A stretch of 64,000 nt of DNA from a virus. Both the position numbers and the translations under genes were made by a program. The notes beneath the pieces are model-generated. The model did not search any database. It saw only the letters and a list, made by a program, of their open reading frames with translations, and was not told the origin of the DNA. Shown piece by piece: positions 9,787-18,100 of the stretch (positions are counted from its first letter, which is position 1; every line of letters starts with the position of its first letter). Location of the stretch: IMG/VR virus record IMGVR_UViG_3300031576_000013, positions 30,809 through 94,808 of that record. The stretch is one strand, 5' to 3'.

Positions 9787-10323
9787 TTAGATCGTTCCCT
9801 CGTCGCGCTGACTCAAGAACGCTATGTGTAGATCGTAGCCATCTGGACCGAAACCCCATGATGCAGGCAACACCTGGTTGACGAACAACCCTTCCTTGCT
9901 TGGCAGTCGCAGCGCGATGACTCCGGGGACGTTGTGTTTTTCGAGCTTCTCGATCCTATCGCCCTTCTTGATCGTCACGTTCCCACTCGTCGGGTCGATG
10001 AGTCCTAGCGGCAAAAGATCCTTGCGATGGAACACGAGCGCCATCTCGCTACGCGGCAAGTCGCCCGCGAACGACTGTCGGAGCTCGTCGAACTGCCCTG
10101 TCTCTACTTGGCAAGGGACTCGGACGGCCGCCATCTCTGTCCGCGTTGACTTTCGACCCTCGATCGACGCGCCTGCCTCCTCGTCATAAACGATCGGCTC
10201 GCGAAACACGTCGCTGTAGCCCTTCGCCGAGGTCGGCGGCGCAGTCGCCCGTGTTCCCTCTGTGTCCAGCCTCAAGATCACCGCATCCACGATGTTCAAG
10301 AGCAGCGGTACCCGAAAGATCAT
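9787..10323 (-). CDS. Head closure/neck protein
   Basis: Position in neck cluster; GYSDVFREP, VPCQVE, IKKGDRI. Confidence 0.6.
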   Translation of the reverse strand: MIFRVPLLLNIVDAVILRLDTEGTRATAPPTSAKGYSDVFREPIVYDEEAGASIEGRKSTRTEMAAVRVPCQVETGQFDELRQSFAGDLPRSEMALVFHRKDLLPLGLIDPTSGNVTIKKGDRIEKLEKHNVPGVIALRLPSKEGLFVNQVLPASWGFGPDGYDLHIAFLSQRDEGTI

Positions 10324-10330
10324 GCCCCCT

Positions 10331-10345
10331 CTTCTGGGTTCCCCG
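10331..10345 (-). repeat. Dispersed 15-bp motif CGGGGAACCCAGAAG, exact copy (intergenic)
   Basis: Plus strand reads CTTCTGGGTTCCCCG. Confidence 0.9.
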
Positions 10346-10355
10346 ATGGATTACT

Positions 10356-11432
10356 TTAAACCGCTCCGTAGTGCGGCGGGCGTACATAAGGGATAAGCAG
10401 CTGGTCAATGAAGTCGTCGCCGGTCAAACCGCCGAACGACCCGCGCCCTCCGATTCCACCACCGCCCGTACGTCCGAACGAGATCGCTTGATCGCGCGTC
10501 TTCGCGCTGCGTACGCTGCTAGGCGCGGTGATGAATGGATCTTGTCCGAAGGGATCTTGTAGGTTGCGGGTTGCGAAGGCGCCCACGGCGGTCGTGATGT
10601 CGGTCGGAGTTTTGCCCAGCGGACCGCCGTCGGGATCGGTGTATCCCCATACTCCGGTGACGAAGATTCCCTGCGAAGACAGCGGGAAGAATTCGGTCGA
10701 CTGGAACAGAATGCCTTCAAAGCGTTCGATCTCGATACGGGGATCGTCACGATCGTCGGGATCGAGGAGCCCTCCGAGGTGGCGGTTGTAGACGCGCAAG
10801 CCGTCCAGCGACACTTCGGTCAAAGACGCTTCGATGCCAGTCACGCCGGTTTCGATTTCTACTTTGTTGATCCCGACGATCGGGTGCTGGGGCATGAGGC
10901 GCCGATTTCCGCGCCCGTCGAGCTTGAACAGGCGATATCGCGGCTCGAAGAAACGGCCGGTCAGGAGCTCGACTTTTCTTGAAGCGCGATCGACGAATTC
11001 TTGAATCGCCCCGACGGACTGTTCCGTGAACAGCGCGTTGGTCTTCAAGGTAACCGAGTCGAGATACCCAACATACGCAGCCCCTCGAGAGAACTTGTTC
11101 TTGTCGACGACCTCGAAGCGTTGCCGGAACTCGAATTCCGTTGAGGTGCTGGTTTCTTTGTACTTCCAGCGGATCTCGTGGGTGCCCGCCCTGAAGCCGG
11201 TCGCGGCGAAGTTTGCATGGTACACGCCAAGGGCGATACGCACTCCGACGGGGTCGGGTGAGAGATCAAGCGTCGCTTCCGGGATCTTCTCGATCGCCGC
11301 GCCGGCCGGAGGGATCTCAAAAACGCTCCGTTTCAGCGAGAATATGTCGATCAGCTTGCCGTCACGCTGAAACGCAAAGAACAGCGTTGGATTTGCGCAG
11401 TTTATCGTCTCGTCCTGTGCGACGGCAGGCAT
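10356..11432 (-). CDS. Head-tail adaptor (neck) protein
   Basis: ASRKVELLTGRFF, LDGRG, VTGVWGY, TPTDI, TGDDFIDQLLIPY adaptor-like motifs with an N-terminal beta domain. Confidence 0.7.
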   Translation of the reverse strand: MPAVAQDETINCANPTLFFAFQRDGKLIDIFSLKRSVFEIPPAGAAIEKIPEATLDLSPDPVGVRIALGVYHANFAATGFRAGTHEIRWKYKETSTSTEFEFRQRFEVVDKNKFSRGAAYVGYLDSVTLKTNALFTEQSVGAIQEFVDRASRKVELLTGRFFEPRYRLFKLDGRGNRRLMPQHPIVGINKVEIETGVTGIEASLTEVSLDGLRVYNRHLGGLLDPDDRDDPRIEIERFEGILFQSTEFFPLSSQGIFVTGVWGYTDPDGGPLGKTPTDITTAVGAFATRNLQDPFGQDPFITAPSSVRSAKTRDQAISFGRTGGGGIGGRGSFGGLTGDDFIDQLLIPYVRPPHYGAV

Positions 11433-11442
11433 GTGTGCAACT

Positions 11443-11769
11443 TTACCATTTGCGGGGTTGGCTCAACGTGATCTTCTTGATCCTGCGCACCGCCGACGCG
11501 AACTTCGCGGATTCCGAGTTCACGAAATCGATTGCGAGCTGTTCAACACGGTTGTCTGGATCCAAGAACCGGAACATGAATTCCCGCTCATCGCGATAGG
11601 ATTCGGCAAGCGGCAAATCCCTCATTGAGAGGTAGGACGCGAGGTCGAGATCGTAGACTTCGACTTTGTTGTTGCCGATGACACTCCAACCCCGGGAACG
11701 ATCGACGCGGGTGCCCGCCCGAAAGGGCGGAGATTCACTCCCGTTTGGCTGACGCGGTGCGTTCACCAC
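11443..11769 (-). CDS. DUF5659-like small protein
   Basis: YDLDLASYL...FMFRF motif; start codon uncertain. Confidence 0.6.
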   Translation of the reverse strand: MVNAPRQPNGSESPPFRAGTRVDRSRGWSVIGNNKVEVYDLDLASYLSMRDLPLAESYRDEREFMFRFLDPDNRVEQLAIDFVNSESAKFASAVRRIKKITLSQPRKW

Positions 11770-11777
11770 GCACCGCT

Positions 11778-12218
11778 TTAGCGCAGGTCTGCGGTCGACA
11801 AGTCGCTGGACTCATCTACGTCCAGCCGGCTTGGAATCGCCGCCTCACGCGCAATTGGCGCAGCGACAGCGGGCTCGGGCTTCACAGTCAGGTCCACTGC
11901 CGTGCGTTCGCCGGGCTTGGCGACCGTCTCCGACATGACGCCAAGCGCCACAAGGCGGCGTTCCTCTTCCTTGACGTCAATCACTTTCTTCTCGTCCGCA
12001 TCGACGATGTCGAACGCTGCTGCACCGGCATCCTGTTTGATCTGCTTCAGTTTTGCGGCCATCTCCGGGGTGACCTTGTACCAAGTGGGGCGATCCCCGC
12101 CTTGGTAAAGATTTCCGCCGAAGTGCAGCCGTCGGAGCCGCAAGCCGAGTCGCGGTGCGTAGGGCTTAAGTCGCGCGAACAGTTCGATGTTTGCCATTTC
12201 CTTGACCTCCTGCACCAA
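11778..12218 (-). CDS. Hypothetical head-region protein
   Basis: In operon direction; GGAGG suggests the true start is at MANIELF. Confidence 0.6.
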   Translation of the reverse strand: MVQEVKEMANIELFARLKPYAPRLGLRLRRLHFGGNLYQGGDRPTWYKVTPEMAAKLKQIKQDAGAAAFDIVDADEKKVIDVKEEERRLVALGVMSETVAKPGERTAVDLTVKPEPAVAAPIAREAAIPSRLDVDESSDLSTADLR

Positions 12219-12226
12219 ACACTAAA

Positions 12227-12264
12227 ATAAAAAGGCTCGCCGGTCAACGACCAGCGAGCCTTTT
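12227..12264 (-). terminator. Rho-independent terminator after capsid/decoration genes
   Basis: Minus strand AAAAGGCTCGCTGGTC-GTT-GACCGGCGAGCC-TTTTTATTTT; T/A tracts on both sides. Confidence 0.8.
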
Positions 12265-12282
12265 CTCAACCGCGATGGGCGG

Positions 12283-12507
12283 TTAGCCCTTGATCGTGGT
12301 CAGGGCTGCGGGAGTCAGCGTCGAGGCGTAGTTGGTGTCCATCACACCGGCGTCCGCGTCGAGCTTTGCGAGCAAGGAAATGAGCTTCGAACGAAGCTCG
12401 GTCAAGTCGTCGGCGACATCGCGGAACGAATCCGCGAGTTCCGGCGTTCCGTAACCGGGCTGCTGTCCGACGCCGCCGCTGAAGGAGTCGGTCTTGATGG
12501 TTGCCAT
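12283..12507 (-). CDS. Small head-associated protein
   Basis: LLAKLDADAGV.DTNYASTL motif; downstream of the major capsid gene. Confidence 0.65.
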   Translation of the reverse strand: MATIKTDSFSGGVGQQPGYGTPELADSFRDVADDLTELRSKLISLLAKLDADAGVMDTNYASTLTPAALTTIKG

Positions 12508-12516
12508 GTGCGCTCC

Positions 12517-12846
12517 TTACGAAGCGTTGACGACAACCTCGACCGTGATGGTCGAGAGATCGGTCGTCGCCGCTACTTCGCCGGTGCCGTCGGCCTTGTT
12601 TGCCATCAGCTTGTCGCTCACGCGGTTGTACCCGTAGTGCCGCGTGTCGAGCGCCCCGCCCGTCGTGACCTTGCCGACGGCAAGCACCGGTCCGATCGTC
12701 TTCCCCGCACCCACCTGAGCCTGCAAGCCGAGTGCGTATCCACCAGTTGGATAGGATGCGTCGAGGACGACGTTGAATCGCTTCGTGAAGGACGGCGCGG
12801 AAGGAATCCCGCCGAACGAATCTGGGGTCGTGACTGCGATTGCCAT
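12517..12846 (-). CDS. Capsid decoration protein
   Basis: DASYPTGG...YNR...KL...EVAATTDLS; immediately after the major capsid gene. Confidence 0.7.
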   Translation of the reverse strand: MAIAVTTPDSFGGIPSAPSFTKRFNVVLDASYPTGGYALGLQAQVGAGKTIGPVLAVGKVTTGGALDTRHYGYNRVSDKLMANKADGTGEVAATTDLSTITVEVVVNAS

Positions 12847-12872
12847 GTTCGCTTTCTCCGTTTCCTGTGCGG

Positions 12873-13802
12873 TTAGACGCCGAAGACGCCAGTTGCCTTG
12901 ACCACTGCGGGCTCGTGCATGTACTTCACGTCAAGCCGCAGCGAGACGACCGTGATCACCTGACCCGCCGAGATGTCCTCGCCCATGCGGACGCGAACCT
13001 GACGATGGAACCCGAGGACGAAGTTCTTCGGGTCCGCAAGCAAGACGACGGTTTCGTTCGTACCGGCGCCGAGCGCGTCTGGAAACTCCGGGACGCCGAC
13101 GACGTCGTAGTCCTGGTACTTCGCGTCGGCTTGCGTTGCCAGCTGGATGTCGCCAAGGCTCGTCGCGCGGTTCGCGAGAGAGTCCTTGTAGTCGACTTTT
13201 GCCTGACGGTTCGTGAAGTAGGTGAGCGGCCCGGTCGAGAACTCGTCGGGCAGCGTCTTCAGCATGTCGCGGAGCACGTTCTTGGAGAGCGTGACACCGC
13301 CAGCCACAACGACGTTCGTGACTGCGTGCTTGATGAAACCGTCGAGTACCGCGAGGAGCGCGTCCGCCGACAGGGTGTCACCTTGCGCGATCAGGAAGTC
13401 CACGTCGCGAGCCACGGCTTCCGCCAGGGTCTCTGTGATCGTGTCCTTGTACGAACCGCGCTCGATCTGATCCTCGAGCACCTCGTCCGAGATCCGAACC
13501 TCGGCCTTCACGAGCTTTGCGTCGAGCTCGATGAAGCTGAGATCGGGCCTTGAACGCTGCGCCACCGCGAGGGCCTCGTTCTCCACGCCCGGCTTGAGCA
13601 CGCGCGAGCCGAAACGATGCTTGTCGCGTCGCTCCTTCGGACTCGCCATCGGTGTGACCATGATCCGCTTCATCAGTTCTGCGGATTTGATCATCACTCG
13701 GAAGAAGCGATCCGCCTGCCTCGGAACGAGCAAGCCACCGGCGGCAAGGCCGGCTGTGTCGAGATCTGCCTTTTGCAGCAAGACCCTGTTGTCGGTTGGC
13801 AT
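12873..13802 (-). CDS. Major capsid protein (HK97 fold, P2/XkdG-like)
   Basis: GGLLVPRQADRF, VRISDEVLEDQIE, LIAQGD, DGFIK, DPKNFVLG. Confidence 0.92.
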   Translation of the reverse strand: MPTDNRVLLQKADLDTAGLAAGGLLVPRQADRFFRVMIKSAELMKRIMVTPMASPKERRDKHRFGSRVLKPGVENEALAVAQRSRPDLSFIELDAKLVKAEVRISDEVLEDQIERGSYKDTITETLAEAVARDVDFLIAQGDTLSADALLAVLDGFIKHAVTNVVVAGGVTLSKNVLRDMLKTLPDEFSTGPLTYFTNRQAKVDYKDSLANRATSLGDIQLATQADAKYQDYDVVGVPEFPDALGAGTNETVVLLADPKNFVLGFHRQVRVRMGEDISAGQVITVVSLRLDVKYMHEPAVVKATGVFGV

Positions 13803-13876
13803 CTTTTTGCGCTCCTCTAGGACGGTTGATTTACCGTGAAAACTGCTGACCTCGACCTGTTCGTAATTTCACGCAA

Positions 13877-15133
13877 TTACGCGTTGTAGTCAAGAGGGAA
13901 AAGTCGGGATTCCGAAGACCCGTTCATTTCGGGCGAAGTGACACGATCGCCGGGTCGTGCTTCGGCCTTGGTAAGCGCCTGGCGAAGATCGCCGTTCGAC
14001 TTTTTGAGCGTGGCAAGTTCGGAATTGAGCGGTTCGACTGCCTTCGCCACGGCTTCGTTGATCATGCGTTCGGCTTCGCTGGCACTGATGCCCGGCTCTT
14101 TCTTTGCAGTTGCGGAGGGGTATTTCGAAGCGAGTCCCATGAGCAGCGTGTGGATCGCTTTCAGCTCACGCATTTCCTTTGCCGACGGCGCATCCATGCT
14201 CTTCACGCGGTTGGCAAGAGACAGCGCGCGTTCTGCGGCTTCGGTCAAAATACGCGACATACGACCCGCGCGCTTTTCGACGACCGAGTCATCGAGGGCG
14301 CCCAGAATTGCGCCGATCAGTTGCTGGAGCGAATCCATGTCGGTCGCGTCGATCATCACGCCCCCACGAGGGAACACGCCGTCGAGCTTCTTCGCGAGTT
14401 CGGTGATTGCTTCCTGCGTTGGCGCATCGGCGCTCGTGCTGGCCGACGCAAGCGCCTTCGCCACTTCCTCGATGTCGGCGCCGAGAGTCGCGCCGCTTTG
14501 TGTCGAATCCGGTTCTGGCTTTACCGGCGGTGGAGTCACCGTTTCGGTGCTCGTCGAAGCCGCATCCGATTCAGTCTTCGACATCGCTGCCGGCGCAGGG
14601 TACTTCTCTTTCACACCGGCGATCAACTTCCCGATCGCGGCGATCTCGGCGAGCAGCTTCCCGAAGTCACCTTCAGGCATTTTCTCGCCGCCGGCCTCTT
14701 TCAGCTTGTTGATCACCGAGGTCAAGCGCTCGAGCCCTTCGGTGAGCGTCGTCAACGCGACGGCGTCTTCCATCTTCGCCGAGTCCATCGCGTGAGTTGC
14801 GTCGTGTTCGTTTTTCGCGATGACGGCTGGATACGCATCTTCGATCTTACTCAGGCTGATCGAAACCTCGTGTGCTTCGTCGACGAGCGCTTTCTGTGTT
14901 GCCTCGTTTGCGTCCTTCAACTTGGTCACGATCGAGGTCAGACGCTCCAGGTTCTCAGCCAGCGTGGTAACGGTCTGAGAAACTGCTTTTTCAGTTAGCA
15001 TGGAATTTTCTCCTTCGCGCTTTCTCAAAAGGAAACGTCGTTTGTTCGCGGCTCGATCAACCAAGGAAACCTCCTCGATCTCGAAATCACGTAGACGTGA
15101 GACTGACGGTTTCGTTTTGGATGTCAAGTTCAT
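13877..15133 (-). CDS. Scaffold protein with N-terminal protease strand (EVSLVDRAAN) and three helical repeats
   Basis: Upstream of capsid; coiled-coil and acidic; three L.E..ER..S...K.K...YP repeats; probable internal start GAAGGAG-8 nt-ATG at 15001. Confidence 0.8.
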   Translation of the reverse strand: MNLTSKTKPSVSRLRDFEIEEVSLVDRAANKRRFLLRKREGENSMLTEKAVSQTVTTLAENLERLTSIVTKLKDANEATQKALVDEAHEVSISLSKIEDAYPAVIAKNEHDATHAMDSAKMEDAVALTTLTEGLERLTSVINKLKEAGGEKMPEGDFGKLLAEIAAIGKLIAGVKEKYPAPAAMSKTESDAASTSTETVTPPPVKPEPDSTQSGATLGADIEEVAKALASASTSADAPTQEAITELAKKLDGVFPRGGVMIDATDMDSLQQLIGAILGALDDSVVEKRAGRMSRILTEAAERALSLANRVKSMDAPSAKEMRELKAIHTLLMGLASKYPSATAKKEPGISASEAERMINEAVAKAVEPLNSELATLKKSNGDLRQALTKAEARPGDRVTSPEMNGSSESRLFPLDYNA

Positions 15134-15180
15134 TGATCTCGACGACTTCCTGTTAGCTTACCGCGCCTTGATGCGCGGTT

Positions 15181-18100
15181 TCAAGTAACAAATGGCGCGG
15201 CCAAAATCGAGTAGACCGGATCCGCCTCCTTGATCGCGGTTCCACCTATCGACCATCCGGTAAATTCCCCCCGTTTTACGGCTTCCCACAGCTCGTCGTC
15301 GACGATTCGTGCCGCAAGCAACCAAGTACCTTTTTTTACTGGCTGCTCTGCAACCGTGAAGTCTAGCGGTGCGAGATACGATTCGAGGATCTTTACGCGA
15401 CCATCAATCAATTTTCGGTGCATCAAACCGATATGGCCGTAGCGCTCCATGAACCCATGCGCTGCTTTGCGAATCTCGTCGGAGGAATAAACGTCGTTCT
15501 GCGCGTCGACGGTCTCGGGTTCGAGAACGATTCCCAAGACGTAACGCTCCTCCTTCGCGGTTTCTTCGGCCTTGAACAGCTTGACCGCGTGTGTCCAGGG
15601 GCGAAGCTCCAGTTTTGAAACCGGCGTCGACGAGGATGTCGCTTCTTTCTCGACGATCTTTTCGTAGTCGCGTCGAAGCGCGTCGCAGATTCGATGGGCG
15701 GCTTCTTCGTCGTGGCCTCGCGTCTTTTGATCGGCTACGCAAGCCTCGAAATTAGCGAAGCCGGCGAAGGGTTTTTCGATCTCGACAGAAACCTTCGCTT
15801 GCAATTGACATCCGAGATCCCAGAGCGGGGGAGGCGGTTCGGAAGCGCGCTTCTTGATTTCGTCGGGGTTGAGCATCGCGACGACTTCGTTGACCGTCAT
15901 CGGTGCCTCGTCGGTGACATCGATCACCGTTGGGGTGAATCCCGTGATCTTCCACTTGCCGGCTGTCATGCGGTTGAAGAGCACCTCCGTCACTTCGATG
16001 CGTAGAACATCGCCCGATTCGGCCTTCACCTTGCTGTTGAAGGATTTGCCCGCCGGAGCATATTTTTTCCCGGCGAGCTCGATCAAGTTGGGCCAGTTGC
16101 CTTGTTCCTTCTCGGGAATTGGTCCGAAGGCGTAGAAATAGTTGAAGACGCCCGGCGAATCCTTGACCGGGTGCTTGTCGTAGACGATTCCGCGCACCTC
16201 GCGAATCAGCTTGATCTTCGCCCAACCGTCGCTTTCGCCTCCAAGAGAGTAGGTCGCATTCGCGGATTTGAGCATCGCGCCTTCGGAGCCTGGCGAGGCG
16301 GCTGCCTTCGCGATCAACGAGTCCAGGCTCTCATGCGTTCTCGCTGTGCCCAGCGCCGGTACGAGTTTGATGCGGCTGCTTTGACGCTTGTTGAGGAACG
16401 CTTCCAGCAAACGGCGGCGTTCGGCTTGATCTTTTTGCGTGATGTTTCCCTCGTCGGGCAAATACAGCGCGTCGAAAATTTGTAGTTGGACGTTTGCGTC
16501 GTCGACTACTCCGGTCCCTCGGAACCTGGCCAAGTCCCTGCGGGGCGTGGCGGCGCCGTCGACGAACTCCATGAATTCTGCATCGAGCACGAATGGCCCA
16601 GGGAGTTTTGCCAGCTCGGCCGTGACGCCGGGCCAGTTCTTCATGTAGTTGCGCTGCTCGGTTTTCCGCGAAAAGAACTCTTCGGTGATAATGAAAACGC
16701 GGTCGCCATCTTTCTGAAGGGCGACGCGAAAACCGTTCAGTTTCGGTTCGACGAGGATTCCGCTGTCGAGCAACGCGCCGGTTGCGAAGTCTTCGTGCAG
16801 CCGATCGAGCTCACCACCACGAAACTCGTTCGTCTTTCGGGCTGCGACCTTCATAGGCTTGAAGACCGCGAGCGGCTTCAGCTCCTTCCGATCCCCACCT
16901 TTGTCGTCGGCGTCCTTGATCTTTCGCGGATCCCAAATCTGGACGTCCTCGATCACCGTCCCGTCTTGTAGAGAGACGTCGCGCACCTCGTGCGCCTTTG
17001 TGATCTTCTCACCGGGGACAGCGCGTGAAGGTTGTTTTCCGCGCTCCCATTGCCACAAATCACCGGCTTCCTCTTCGGCAACCAGCACAAATACCCCGTC
17101 ATCGGAGACATCCGCTAGATCGCCTCCGCGTACACGGATCTTCTTGAACTGGCGTTGGTCATCTAGAAATTCGATCTTGCCCCTTGACAGAATTCGCATC
17201 TGCGACGGCGTATTCTTCGAGGGATTGAATTCAACGCCGTGGACCTTTTCGCCGGGCGGCGCATCCCCTTCATAGGCAAGCAGCTTGTCGGCCTCCACGT
17301 TCGTGAGCGCACGGCGAATCACTGCGATCTTGTCGTTCTCGAAGGGGTCGCCTTCGAGTTGAAAATCCTCGATCTCATTCTCGCCGCGCTTGATGAACAG
17401 GTGAAACACCTGCGAGGAAGGCGCGGCACGGATCACGACCTGGCCCTTGAACCGTTGCCACGTCAGCGTGTAGGGCGCTGCCTTCAATTGCTTGAGCAGT
17501 CGCGTAGCGTTTTCCGTAGCTATGGTTGCCGCGATCCGGTCCATAGCTTCTTCCACGGTCCGCGCCTCGACGATCTCCGGCGCGATGTCGGCTGAAGGCC
17601 AAAACTTCTTGGTCTTCAAGGTCAGTCGGAAATCGCGGTTGATCTGTACGGTCTCAGCCGTCACGAGATGAGCTTCGATCAATGCGTTGCGGGTCGCTTC
17701 GACCTCTGATGGCTTATCCTTTTCCCAGTAACGAAATTCAGGCGGAATCGCGTTCTTGATTCCGAGCGGAAGCGCGGATCGGCCCTTCGGAGGGAGTGTC
17801 TTCGTTGCAATCGCGCGGCGCCGCAGAACGCTGGGCGTCAGATCCTTGTTGAACATCGCAACCCAGAAAGCTTCGCCCTCCCGGGTGCGCCGGCCCGTCT
17901 CGACTTCTTCTTCGGACGCGTCCCCTCGGCCCACGAGTAATCTAAAAGTCAGCAGCCCATGAAATTTTTGATCGCCTTCGACGGCGTACTCGGCAAAGAA
18001 CGGCTTGAGAATCAGGTGTGTGACTTGCGGGCGTGCGATTCGAACGATCACGCCTTCCTCCTCGGCGGTTGCGCCCACTTCGCCCGCCTCGAACTTGCGC

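Noticed and set aside
13938-14998. Long plus-strand ORFs opposite the scaffold (and similar ones at 8090, 12840, 19593, 63113)
   Set aside because: Antisense shadows of GC-rich genes with no recognisable motifs.
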